A stretch of 64,000 nt of DNA from Erysipelotrichaceae bacterium (GTDB taxonomy: Bacteria; Bacillota_I; Bacilli_A; RFN20; CAG-826): the NCBI GenBank assembly GCA_015059065.1, contig SVBE01000001.1:14998-78997 (forward strand). Reading direction: 5' to 3'. Positions 12,437-22,117 of this stretch are shown here, piece by piece. Below the pieces are notes generated by a model. The model made no database searches. It was given only the letters and a program-made list of their open reading frames with translations, and had not been told where the DNA came from. Each line of letters opens with the position of its first letter. Position 1 is the stretch's first letter. The position numbers were made by a program, and so were the translations under genes.

Positions 12437-12982
12437 ATGAACGTTTGGCATGATGTCGCAAAAGAAAGAGTTACACCAGATTCTTTCCTTGCTTTTATTG
12501 AAATTTCAAAAGGTAGTAAGAATAAATATGAATTAGATAAAGCTACTGGCAAATTAATTCTTGACCGTGTTTTGTTTACTTCCACTCACTATCCACATAA
12601 TTACGGATTTATCCCATTAACTTATGCAGATGACCATGACCCACTCGATGTTCTTGTGATCTGTTCTGAACCAATTCTTCCAATGGCTTTTGTCCAGTGC
12701 AAACCATTAGGAGTGATGAGAATGAAAGATAGCGGTATGAACGATGAAAAGATTATCGCCGTACCAATGCATGACCCATTCTATTCTTCTTATGAAGAGA
12801 TCGATGAACTTCCTCAACATATTAGAGATGAAATCATTCACTTCTTCTCCGTTTATAAAACATTAGAAGGAAAATCGACTTTCATTCAAACTTTTGAAGG
12901 CAAGGATGCAGCGAAGAAAATCATCGCCCAATGTCTTGTTAATTACGAAAGAGATATCCTTCCAACTTTAGCTAAAAAATAA
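12437..12982 (+). CDS. ppa: inorganic pyrophosphatase, family I
   Basis: 181 aa. EISKGSKNKYELD, YPHNYGFIP, DDHDPLDVLV, DEKIIAV. Confidence 0.93.
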   Translation: MNVWHDVAKERVTPDSFLAFIEISKGSKNKYELDKATGKLILDRVLFTSTHYPHNYGFIPLTYADDHDPLDVLVICSEPILPMAFVQCKPLGVMRMKDSGMNDEKIIAVPMHDPFYSSYEEIDELPQHIRDEIIHFFSVYKTLEGKSTFIQTFEGKDAAKKIIAQCLVNYERDILPTLAKK

Positions 12983-13506
12983 TGATCCACGTCATCTTGT
13001 TTCGTCCCGAAAAACCACTCAATACTGGAAACATAATGAGAACCTGTATGGCTGTTAAAGCCAAGCTCCATATCATTGGTCCAATCACTTTTTCGTTAGC
13101 GGAAAAAGATTTAAAACGCGCCGGACTTGATTATATTGAAACCCTCGATTATGACTATTATGAAAATATTGAGGAATTTAATAATAAACATCAAGGTATC
13201 AACATATTCTATATCTCTCGATATGGAAGTAAAGTATATAGCAACGAAGATTTCTCCGATGTGGTCAAGGATATTTATGTGATGTTTGGTCGAGAATCAA
13301 CCGGCATTCCTCACGATATTTTAAGAGACAATATGGATAGAGTCCTTCGCTTACCGATGGTTGCAAACGCGCGTAGCTTAAATCTCTCTAACTGTGTTGC
13401 GATAGTGGTCTATGAAATATTGAGACAACAAAAATTTAATGACCTCTCGACTAGTGAGGCGATTAAAGGTGAAGATTTCTTGACGAAAGAATTATATAAA
13501 TCTTGA
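12982..13506 (+). CDS. trmL: SpoU/TrmL-type tRNA 2'-O-methyltransferase
   Basis: 174 aa. IHVILFRPEKPLNTGNIMRTC...LHIIGP, FGRESTGIP, SLNLSN. Confidence 0.8.
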   Translation: MIHVILFRPEKPLNTGNIMRTCMAVKAKLHIIGPITFSLAEKDLKRAGLDYIETLDYDYYENIEEFNNKHQGINIFYISRYGSKVYSNEDFSDVVKDIYVMFGRESTGIPHDILRDNMDRVLRLPMVANARSLNLSNCVAIVVYEILRQQKFNDLSTSEAIKGEDFLTKELYKS

Positions 13507-14865
13507 AGCGTTTTTAACTTTTAGTTTAATGTCTTCTTCAATGTTTTTTACAACATAAGAAGAGTAATTCGATAATATTACTTCTCCGGCCTTTTGGCCT
13601 TTTTTAATGGTCGATACTTTCGCATAGCTAACTTCACCGATATCCTTTTTGCTCACATAGATAGCGATTTGACTAGCGATTTTGATCTCTTCTTGGCTCG
13701 GATTATCTTTCATGAGGATAACATGGGCTCCAGAATAATCTTTGATGTGGAAGAAATAGTGGTCTTTTTCTGCTAAGCGGAAAGTGAGATAATCGTTCTG
13801 CATCGCATTTCTTCCAAAGCCGTATTTCGTATTATTAATAACAACAAAGAATGGGTATTTTGGATTGATGACGATTTTTTGTTTTTTAATAAATTTTGGA
13901 TAACGGGACTGCAAAGCATTTATTTTATAAATATCGAGGGATTTGATTATCTCTAAATCCTCTTTTAACTGTTTTTCTCTTTGCTTGTTTTTATCTATTT
14001 CTTCCTGATCATGACTGATCGTCGATTTTTTCTTTCGATATAATTTGAATTGTTTATTCGCGTTATCAATAATGGAAAGGTTATAGTCGTAATCGATATT
14101 ATTATCTTTAATATAATTATCTAAATCCTCTTTATCATATTGATAAGTGAGGATATATTCTCCTCTTTCTTTATAATCGTTATAAGAAGAACAGCTTTCC
14201 ATTTCTTTTAAAAGCACTTCCTCTTTACGGGAGCATTTCTTAATCTCTTTTTCAATATAGGTAATCAATTTAGAATAAGGGCTTAGCTTTTTGTTATTAA
14301 GGACTTTACTTAGATAATCATTAACATAGGAAGAGAAAGCCTCGATAGATTGTTGACCGCTTTTTGATTCATGCTTTTCTGGGAGTTGGTATTTACCGTT
14401 TCTAATGATGAGTCGATCGACCGTTAAATCGGTGTAATGATTAGCGAAAAGGATGGTATTATCTCCATCTAATATCAATAGGTTTGGATGATGTGGAATG
14501 AGTTCAATAATCAAAAAATAATGGCCTTTTACATTAAAATCGCTGGAAAAACTCAATTTAAATTGAATAATGCGGTCATCGTTTAATTGTTCTATTTCTT
14601 CGATATATGTATTTCTAACGCGTTGTTTTAATTGTTCGTTGAGATTGCCGTTTTCCGTTACTATATCCTCAACTTTATTAACGAGATAGACAAATGGATT
14701 ATTGTGATTTAATGAGACGAATAATTGTTCGTTTCGATAAAAGGAAAAGGTGAGAAGAAAATCCGTCTTATTGATCACAGTGGTTTTCATGATGAAATTA
14801 GAAACAGCAGTTTCCTTTAATCTATTCACTAAGTGTTTAATCAAGGCGTTGTCCATATCAAACAA
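13492..14865 (-). CDS. rqcH: RqcH/FbpA-family (NFACT) ribosome quality-control protein, short form
   Basis: 457 aa. NFACT-N-like N-terminus, a Lys/Glu coiled-coil middle, and a C-terminal NFACT-R motif DYSGAHVILM. Confidence 0.75.
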   Translation of the reverse strand: MFDMDNALIKHLVNRLKETAVSNFIMKTTVINKTDFLLTFSFYRNEQLFVSLNHNNPFVYLVNKVEDIVTENGNLNEQLKQRVRNTYIEEIEQLNDDRIIQFKLSFSSDFNVKGHYFLIIELIPHHPNLLILDGDNTILFANHYTDLTVDRLIIRNGKYQLPEKHESKSGQQSIEAFSSYVNDYLSKVLNNKKLSPYSKLITYIEKEIKKCSRKEEVLLKEMESCSSYNDYKERGEYILTYQYDKEDLDNYIKDNNIDYDYNLSIIDNANKQFKLYRKKKSTISHDQEEIDKNKQREKQLKEDLEIIKSLDIYKINALQSRYPKFIKKQKIVINPKYPFFVVINNTKYGFGRNAMQNDYLTFRLAEKDHYFFHIKDYSGAHVILMKDNPSQEEIKIASQIAIYVSKKDIGEVSYAKVSTIKKGQKAGEVILSNYSSYVVKNIEEDIKLKVKNASRFI

Positions 14866-14917
14866 ATTTTATCATATTATTGACACTTCTAAAATTATTT
14901 TAGAAAATAAACATAAT

Positions 14918-15505
14918 ATGAAAAAAGGTTTATTAATCATTCTTAGTGGTCCATCAGGTGTTGGCAAAGGGACGGTTAGAGAATACATATTTTCTCATAG
15001 CAATCTCCCCTTTGTTTATTCTGTTTCGATGACAACAAGAGAACCTCGTAATGGTGAAGTTGACGGTAAGGATTATTATTTTGTTTCTGATGAAGAATTT
15101 CAAAGAAACGTCCAAAACAATAATTTCTTAGAACACGCTTCCTTTGTGGGACATTCATACGGCACGCCTAAAGATAAAGTCGAAGCGTTACGTAATGAGG
15201 GCAAACATGTCTTCTTAGAGATTGAAGTTAATGGTGCTACCCAAGTGCTCACTAATCACAAAGAACCAGGCGTTGTTTCTATTTTCCTCATGCCGCCTTC
15301 TCTCCGAGCATTAGAGAATCGTATCAAAGGTCGCAAGACTGAACCAAAAGAAATCATCGAAAAAAGATTAGAAAAAGGACGTCGTGAAATTCAATTAGCT
15401 GGAATGTATGACTATGTGGTCATCAATGACAGAGTTGAAAACGCGAGCCAAAAGATCATGGACATCATCCTTAACAAGATTAAGGAAAATAAAGAGGAAG
15501 ATTAG
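14918..15505 (+). CDS. gmk: guanylate kinase
   Basis: LSGPSGVGKGTV P-loop, TTREPRNGEVDGKDYYFVS. ATG 14918 is preferred over the ORF-track start at 14750, which would overlap rqcH. Confidence 0.93.
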   Translation: MKKGLLIILSGPSGVGKGTVREYIFSHSNLPFVYSVSMTTREPRNGEVDGKDYYFVSDEEFQRNVQNNNFLEHASFVGHSYGTPKDKVEALRNEGKHVFLEIEVNGATQVLTNHKEPGVVSIFLMPPSLRALENRIKGRKTEPKEIIEKRLEKGRREIQLAGMYDYVVINDRVENASQKIMDIILNKIKENKEED

Positions 15506-17701
15506 TTGAAAGTAATTGAACTTTTAATTGAGCATAACTCTTTGACGTTAAATCGTCCTTTTACCTATATCTATAATGGGGATAAAAACATTGTTAATGG
15601 TGTTCGTGTTCTCATCGATTTTCATCATCAAGAATTAGTGGGATATGTCACCTCTTGTAAAGATACAGAGCTTAACAAAGAACAATTAGAACAAGAAACG
15701 GGGTATCAATTAAATGAAATTATCGATGTTATCGATGAATCTCCGTTATTAAATGAAGATCTCTTATTATTAGCAGAAGAGATTTCTTCCTATTATTTAG
15801 CGAGCAAGATATCGGTTTTACAAAGCATGCTTCCACCTTCTTTATCTCCGAGAAGGTCTTCTTTAAAAGCCCCGAAAATTGCCTATGACCAATATTTAAA
15901 GATTAAAAAATACGATGAATCAGATTTAACTGGTAAACAAATTGAAATATTAAAACTAGTTCAAAAAGAAGGAGAAGTGCTGAAAAAAGAAGTGAGATCT
16001 CCTTCCATTGTTAAACGTTTAATTGAATTAGAAAGAATAGAAATTATTTATAAAGAGAAAACTCGATTAGAGATGCCTTCTTTTGATCTGGAAGAAGCAA
16101 AGACTTTGACTAAGAAACAACAGGAAGTTAAAGATGAATTCCTTTCTAGTAGCGACCAAGTATATTTATTAGAGGGTGTTACTGGTAGTGGGAAAAGCGA
16201 AGTCTATTTATCGATTTCTGAAGAGATTTTAAAAGAGGGCAAAACCGTTTTAATGCTCGTTCCTGAGATTTCTTTAACCCCGATGATGGTGGAATATTTC
16301 TTAAAGAGATTTGAGGGAAAAGTTGCCGTTCTACATAGCGAGCTTACTCCAGCCGAAAAATATGACGAATATCGTAAAATCGCTCGTGGTGAATGTCAGA
16401 TAGTCGTCGGAGCGAGAAGTGCGATATTCGCTCCACTTGATAACATTGGGCTTATCATTTTAGATGAGGAGCACGTCGAATCATATAAGCAGGATAGTCT
16501 CCCATATTACCACGCTCGCGAAGTGGCAATCATGAGAATGAAAAGACATAAAGGGAAAGTGCTTTTAGGTAGTGCCACCCCTTCATTAGATTCAAGAGCG
16601 AGAGCGCAAAAAGGGATTTATCATCTCCTCACATTACCAGAAAGAGTGAATAAACAAGAGCTCCCTTCAACATATGTGATCAATATGCTTAATCATAGCA
16701 ATATCGACCGCGATTCCTATATCTTTTCTAAACAGTTGAGAAGAGAAATAGCGGAGACATTAAATAGAAAAGAACAGATTATTCTTCTATTAAATAGAAG
16801 AGGGTTTTCCACTAATGTGTCGTGCCGCAGTTGTGGCTATGTTTTTCGTTGCCCAGAATGTGGCATCCCTTTAACATTCCATAAAGAAGATGGGCTTCTT
16901 AAATGTCATCACTGCAACCATGTGGAAAAGATGCCCGATGCTTGCCCAGAATGCGATTCCCCTTATCTCATGAAGACAGGATTTGGATGTGAAAGGGTGG
17001 AAGATGAAGTGAAGAGATTATTTCCAGAAGCGAGAACTCTTCGCCTTGATAGCGATTCCGCGAAGGTGAGAACTAGAGTTGGTAAAATCATTGAGCAGTT
17101 CCGCGAGCATGATGCTGATATTTTAATCGGTACACAGATGATTGCTAAAGGACATGATTTTCCTCTTGTGACACTGGTGGGAATTGTTCTTGCTGATATC
17201 GGTTTAAACATGCCGAATTACCGCAATAGTGAACGCACTTTCCAACTTATTACCCAGGCAATTGGCCGTGCAGGTAGAAAAGACAAAATGGGTAAAGCTT
17301 ATGTTCAAACATATTCGCCTAGTCATTATGCGATCACGATGGCGGCAAGACAGGATTATGAACAGTTCTATAAAATAGAAATGCGTCAAAGGAATCAACA
17401 ATATTACCCGCCTTATTCTTATTTAGTGAGTTTGACTGTCAGTGGTAAAAATGAAGATAAAGTAATAGAGTCTGGATTCCTTCTTGCAGATTTATTAAAA
17501 GAGATTGACGATGAACGCAGAGTGGTACTTGGTCCAGTCACTCCATATATCGCGACTGAGAAAGGCCATTTTATTCGTTCCGTTTTACTCAAATATCGCG
17601 ATGAGAAGAAAGTGCGAGAAAAACTATTAGAAATAATCGAGAGATTTAGACTGAAATCATCGGTCAAATTATCGGTTAATATAGACCCCTACAATTTCTA
17701 A
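15506..17701 (+). CDS. priA: primosomal protein N' (replication restart helicase)
   Basis: 731 aa with a TTG start. GVTGSGKSEVY, DEEH, and the Cys-rich zinc region CRSCG...CPECG...CHHC...CPECD. Confidence 0.93.
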   Translation: MKVIELLIEHNSLTLNRPFTYIYNGDKNIVNGVRVLIDFHHQELVGYVTSCKDTELNKEQLEQETGYQLNEIIDVIDESPLLNEDLLLLAEEISSYYLASKISVLQSMLPPSLSPRRSSLKAPKIAYDQYLKIKKYDESDLTGKQIEILKLVQKEGEVLKKEVRSPSIVKRLIELERIEIIYKEKTRLEMPSFDLEEAKTLTKKQQEVKDEFLSSSDQVYLLEGVTGSGKSEVYLSISEEILKEGKTVLMLVPEISLTPMMVEYFLKRFEGKVAVLHSELTPAEKYDEYRKIARGECQIVVGARSAIFAPLDNIGLIILDEEHVESYKQDSLPYYHAREVAIMRMKRHKGKVLLGSATPSLDSRARAQKGIYHLLTLPERVNKQELPSTYVINMLNHSNIDRDSYIFSKQLRREIAETLNRKEQIILLLNRRGFSTNVSCRSCGYVFRCPECGIPLTFHKEDGLLKCHHCNHVEKMPDACPECDSPYLMKTGFGCERVEDEVKRLFPEARTLRLDSDSAKVRTRVGKIIEQFREHDADILIGTQMIAKGHDFPLVTLVGIVLADIGLNMPNYRNSERTFQLITQAIGRAGRKDKMGKAYVQTYSPSHYAITMAARQDYEQFYKIEMRQRNQQYYPPYSYLVSLTVSGKNEDKVIESGFLLADLLKEIDDERRVVLGPVTPYIATEKGHFIRSVLLKYRDEKKVREKLLEIIERFRLKSSVKLSVNIDPYNF

Positions 17702-17735
17702 GAAATGTAGTATATAATATTGAAAGGTGCGTATT

Positions 17736-18185
17736 ATGATTTCATTAACTATTTATGGCTTAGACCAATTCGTCGTCGGGAAATTGTCCCACGAAATGAC
17801 TTCCGCTTTAGCGGATCTTTATGAGTGCGATAAGGAAGAAATAATCTTCATCGCTCCGGAATCCATGGTTTTCCATAATGGGGTGGAACAGACGAGCTGG
17901 AATGCAGTGGTTAAAGTGGAGGCTCCAAAGAAAGTTGCTGTTCTTCAAGAAGACGCTGCTAAACTCATCACTAGTTTGGTCAAAGGCCCAACGATCAATG
18001 TTCAGGTCATTTTCTCTTATTTCTCTCAAGATAATTTCTACGAAAGTCTTAATCCAGATTATCCACGTTTTATCGAAAATGAGAACCTTGTGAATTTTGA
18101 AGAGGAATATAGCGAGGACATTGAAGAAGGTGAAGGCGATGACCAGATTTTCACCGGTGATATTTTTAAGGATTTTAACAAATAA
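17736..18185 (+). CDS. small acidic-tailed hypothetical protein (DUF1904-like)
   Basis: 149 aa from ATG 17736 (SD GAAAGG), with a TATAAT at 17713-17718 upstream. It occupies the position where def/fmt usually sit in this conserved cluster. Confidence 0.5.
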   Translation: MISLTIYGLDQFVVGKLSHEMTSALADLYECDKEEIIFIAPESMVFHNGVEQTSWNAVVKVEAPKKVAVLQEDAAKLITSLVKGPTINVQVIFSYFSQDNFYESLNPDYPRFIENENLVNFEEEYSEDIEEGEGDDQIFTGDIFKDFNK

Positions 18186-18187
18186 TT

Positions 18188-19450
18188 ATGAACAATTTTG
18201 AATTAGCCTCTGCTGCACTTACAGATATTCTTCTTAAAGAGATTCCCTTTTCCATCTCTTTGAAGGAAGTGTTTACTAAAAATGAAGTGAGTAAGGAATC
18301 ACGCGCTTTAATTACTGGGCTTGTCGGATGTGAATTAAGACATCACCTTCTTTTTAGAAGCTTATTAAAAGAGAAATTTGGTTATACCAAAGAAGAGGAA
18401 GAAAAATATATTCCGATTTTCTTATTATTAACTAACGAGCTTTATTATCATCGTTTTGATTTTAATCAAATCGTGTTAAACGCCGCGAAGATGTCGGATA
18501 AACCAGCGAAGGATTTAACCGCATATATCAACGAGCTTAAAGCCAAAGAAAAAATCATTCCAAGCAATGTTCAAGAAGGATCTTTAGAATATCTCTCTTT
18601 AAGATTTAATACTCCTCTTTGGTTAGTGAAGATGTGGGACAAACAGTATGGGAGAACCACAACTTTTAAAGTTCTTAAGGGCAATAGCAAAACGAGCAAA
18701 ATCACCTGTGGAATTAATACATTAGTAACTTCTAAAGACAAATTATTGGAAAGCGGCAATTTTGCTCCATCTGGTATCGACAATTGTTTGATCTATACGG
18801 GTAAAGAAGTGCTTAGAAGCACTAATTATTCAAAATACCATAACGTTTATTTAGAGAAGATGCCATATATCGACATCATCAATAGATTAGAATGCGATCC
18901 ATTTAATAAGGTGGCAATTCTTTCTGGATATACTAATAATTTATTGCTTGATTACATCTTTTTAAAATCACCGCAGACAAAGATTGATGTCATCGTTCCT
19001 GAATATCGCGATTATGTAGCTTTGAAAAATGATGTCCATCAATTCAAGCTCAACAATGTGCAGTTATATGATGCGAAGGCAAATGTCATTGAATCCTGCC
19101 TCTCTGAACCGGTTGATTTATTCTTCCTTCTCGCGAGAAATACAAATTTTGAAAACTTCAATCGCATGCCGGATTATTTCCTTCAATGCAAGAACCAAAA
19201 ACTCGATCCTTTAATCAATGAACAAAGATATTCATTAGAAGAAGCTTATAACGCTTTAAATGTCGGCGGTCAGCTTCTATATATGATTCCAACTCTTAAC
19301 AAGAAAGAAACTTCGTTGTTAATCAAGGACTTCTTATTGATTCACCGCGATATGTCTTTAGTGGAAGAGAAACATTATATGCCTTTTGAAGATGGCGAAT
19401 CTCTCATGTATTACGTCAAGATGATTAAGACAAACCATAAATATGATTAA
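18188..19450 (+). CDS. RsmB/Sun-like protein with degenerate (apparently inactive) methyltransferase motifs
   Basis: 420 aa with a NusB-like N-terminus and a collinear MTase domain. The SAM motif is VAILSGYTNN (canonical LDxCAAPGGK), motif IV is LLARNT (canonical DAPCSG), and motif VI is YMIPTL (canonical YSTCS). Confidence 0.7.
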   Translation: MNNFELASAALTDILLKEIPFSISLKEVFTKNEVSKESRALITGLVGCELRHHLLFRSLLKEKFGYTKEEEEKYIPIFLLLTNELYYHRFDFNQIVLNAAKMSDKPAKDLTAYINELKAKEKIIPSNVQEGSLEYLSLRFNTPLWLVKMWDKQYGRTTTFKVLKGNSKTSKITCGINTLVTSKDKLLESGNFAPSGIDNCLIYTGKEVLRSTNYSKYHNVYLEKMPYIDIINRLECDPFNKVAILSGYTNNLLLDYIFLKSPQTKIDVIVPEYRDYVALKNDVHQFKLNNVQLYDAKANVIESCLSEPVDLFFLLARNTNFENFNRMPDYFLQCKNQKLDPLINEQRYSLEEAYNALNVGGQLLYMIPTLNKKETSLLIKDFLLIHRDMSLVEEKHYMPFEDGESLMYYVKMIKTNHKYD

Positions 19451-20501
19451 TTTATACGGACAACCTTTACATAAATTAGAGGAGTTGATGATACAAGAAG
19501 GCCAGAAGAAATATCGGGCCACTCAACTCTATATTTGGATGTACGAGAAAAAAGCGACAGATTTTGATGAAATGACCGACATTTCCAAGACTTTTCGCGA
19601 AGTTCTTAAAGAGAAATATTGCCTTTCCATTCCGGTTATCGATAAAAAACAAGTCAGTTCTGATGGGACGATTAAATTATTATTGAAGCTTGAAGATAAT
19701 AGCAAAGTAGAGACGGTTTTAATGCGTTATAACTATGGCTATAGTGCTTGTGTGTCTTCACAAGTTGGTTGCAATATGGGATGTTCATTCTGCGCTTCTG
19801 GATTATTAGGAAAGAAGAGAAATCTTTTACCTGAAGAAATAGTGGGTCAAGTTCTTGTTTTAAACAATCTTCTTCAAGAAGAGGGCAAAGGTCAACATAT
19901 CACCCACGTCGTAGTGATGGGAACAGGTGAACCATTTGATAATTATGATAACGTCATGGATTTCATCCGTATCATCAATAACCAAAAAGGACTTTCTATT
20001 GGAGCGAGACATATCACCGTTTCAACATGTGGCATCCCTGATAAAATCATCAAATATGCAGGTGAAGGATTGCAAACTAACCTTGCTATTTCTTTACACG
20101 CGCCTAATAATGAAATTCGTAACTCTTTGATGAAGGTCAATAAAGCTTTCCCTGTAGAACAGGTGATTGAAGCCGTTAAGCAATATGAAGAGATTGCCGG
20201 AAGAAGAGTGACTTATGAATACCTTCTTATCGATGGAATCAACGATAGCAAGGAAAACGCTGAAGAATTGATTAATTTAATCAAAGATACAAAGGGATAT
20301 GTTAATCTCATTCCTTATAATGAGACTAATATTTTGCCTTATAAACGTCCAAGTGGTAATCGCATACATAATTTCCTTGACTACCTCACTAAAGGTGGAG
20401 TTACGGCGACGATTAGAAAAGAATTCGGTAGCGATATCGATGCTGCCTGTGGACAGTTAAGAGCTAAGGAGAGAGACAATGAGGAAAGAGGAGAGAATTA
20501 A
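19443..20501 (+). CDS. rlmN: 23S rRNA/tRNA A2503/A37 C2-methyltransferase, radical SAM
   Basis: 352 aa. SSQVGCNMGCSFCASG, GEPFDNYDNV, and the C-terminal IDAACGQL. Confidence 0.93.
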   Translation: MINLYGQPLHKLEELMIQEGQKKYRATQLYIWMYEKKATDFDEMTDISKTFREVLKEKYCLSIPVIDKKQVSSDGTIKLLLKLEDNSKVETVLMRYNYGYSACVSSQVGCNMGCSFCASGLLGKKRNLLPEEIVGQVLVLNNLLQEEGKGQHITHVVVMGTGEPFDNYDNVMDFIRIINNQKGLSIGARHITVSTCGIPDKIIKYAGEGLQTNLAISLHAPNNEIRNSLMKVNKAFPVEQVIEAVKQYEEIAGRRVTYEYLLIDGINDSKENAEELINLIKDTKGYVNLIPYNETNILPYKRPSGNRIHNFLDYLTKGGVTATIRKEFGSDIDAACGQLRAKERDNEERGEN

Positions 20502-21243
20502 TAACGGACAATTCGCCTTCCATACCGATGTCGGAAGGGTGAGGATGTCCAATGAAGATCAAGCCTGTGCCTTAGTCAATGCCTATGGAACTGTTTTGCT
20601 CATCGTCTGTGATGGAATGGGTGGACAGAATAAAGGTGACTATGCCTCCGCTTTAGCGGTCTCATACATCGTCGATGAGTTTAAGAAAGTCAATCGTTTC
20701 TTGACCTCCCTTCATGTTTATTATTGGTTAAATCAAACATGTCGTAATGCGAATAGTCAAATCTATTCTGAATCGATTAGAAATCCAATATATCAAGGTA
20801 TGGGTACGACTTTATCCATCGCGATCATTCATAAGAAGAAATTATTTACTGGCCAAGTCGGTGATTCAAGAATCTATTCTTTGAAGAGCAAAGAAATGGT
20901 GCAGTTAACAGAAGATCAAACCTATGTCGGTTATCTTTACCGCACTGGGCAGATCAGCAAAGAGGAAATGGCCACTCATCCAAAACGCCATATGCTGATG
21001 AACGCTTTAGGTGTTTATCCAGCTTTAAACATCGACATCAAAATTAAAAAATATGAAAACGAATCATTGCTCTTATGCAGTGATGGCTTATATAACAACG
21101 CAAACGAGACAACTATTTGTTCAGTCTTATCTAACAAAGACACGCCTGAAGAGAAAGTTAACGAACTCATTGCTATCGCTAACAATAACGGCGGCTCAGA
21201 CAATATTGCAGTAGTGATATGGGAGAGTAATTATGCAGATTAA
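20479..21243 (+). CDS. prpC: PP2C-family Ser/Thr phosphatase
   Basis: 254 aa. TDVGRVRMSNED, VCDGMGG, LCSDGL, GGSDNIAVV. Confidence 0.9.
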   Translation: MRKEERINNGQFAFHTDVGRVRMSNEDQACALVNAYGTVLLIVCDGMGGQNKGDYASALAVSYIVDEFKKVNRFLTSLHVYYWLNQTCRNANSQIYSESIRNPIYQGMGTTLSIAIIHKKKLFTGQVGDSRIYSLKSKEMVQLTEDQTYVGYLYRTGQISKEEMATHPKRHMLMNALGVYPALNIDIKIKKYENESLLLCSDGLYNNANETTICSVLSNKDTPEEKVNELIAIANNNGGSDNIAVVIWESNYAD

Positions 21244-22117
21244 AATTGGAACATTGATCGACGGTCGATATCGCGTAACAGCGAAAATCGGTCATGGTGG
21301 AATGGCAGATATTTATGAAGCAACGGATATTATCAAAAAGAATACTGTCGCCATTAAAATGATTAGAGATGATGTGATGCTTGATTCAACAAACCTCAAG
21401 CGCTTTGAAAATGAAGCGCTGATTGCCGCAAGTTTAAATCACCCAAACATCGTAAAAGTTTATAACCATGGCACAATCGCGGGCGTGCCATACATTGCTA
21501 ACGAATATGTCAAAGGACAAACCTTGAAGGAAGTTATCGATTTTAGAGGAGCTTTGCCTCTTGAAGAAGCGGTGGATTATATGATCCAACTTACCGATGC
21601 TTTATATTTTGCCCACCAACACAATATCGTTCACCGCGATGTCAAACCAGAGAACATCTTTGTGATGCCTGATGGCACAATTAAATTAGGGGACTTTGGC
21701 ATTGCCCAAGCCGAAGGCTTAGATAACCATCTCACAAAAACTAATGAGATTATCGGTTCTGTTTATTATATGGCTCCAGAGATTGCCAAAGGCAAAAAAG
21801 CGACTTTTAAAAGCGATATGTATGCGGTTGGGGTAGCATTCTTTGAAATGCTCACTGCCCATCCACCTTTTGAAAACGATTCCGCGGTGAATATCGCCGT
21901 GATGCACATCAAGGACAAATTCCCATCGGTTAGAAATTATGTTCCTGATTGTCCAAAAGAGGTTGAAAAGATTATCGCTAAAGCCACAAATAAAGATCCG
22001 AATTACCGCTATGCGGATATGAACGAATTCAATCAGGAATTAAGAAAGATAAAAATTAATATCGAAAACCTTCAACCAAAGAAAGGTTTCTTCGCAAAAC
22101 TATTTGGCTTTAAATAA
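21233..22117 (+). CDS. prkC: Hanks-type Ser/Thr protein kinase, catalytic domain only (no TM/PASTA)
   Basis: 294 aa. GHGGMADIY, VAIKMI, HRDVKPENI, DFGIAQ, YMAPE. The protein ends ~25 aa after the kinase domain. Confidence 0.9.
   Translation: MQIKIGTLIDGRYRVTAKIGHGGMADIYEATDIIKKNTVAIKMIRDDVMLDSTNLKRFENEALIAASLNHPNIVKVYNHGTIAGVPYIANEYVKGQTLKEVIDFRGALPLEEAVDYMIQLTDALYFAHQHNIVHRDVKPENIFVMPDGTIKLGDFGIAQAEGLDNHLTKTNEIIGSVYYMAPEIAKGKKATFKSDMYAVGVAFFEMLTAHPPFENDSAVNIAVMHIKDKFPSVRNYVPDCPKEVEKIIAKATNKDPNYRYADMNEFNQELRKIKINIENLQPKKGFFAKLFGFK

Noticed and set aside
12274-12585. 103-aa minus-strand ORF across the atpC/ppa junction
   Set aside because: It is antisense to two conserved genes. This is a shadow ORF.
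14750-14917. N-terminal 56-codon extension of the gmk ORF
   Set aside because: It would overlap the 5' end of the convergent/divergent rqcH gene. Its sequence is hydrophobic junk. ATG 14918 gives the canonical MKKGLLIILSGPSGVGKG N-terminus.
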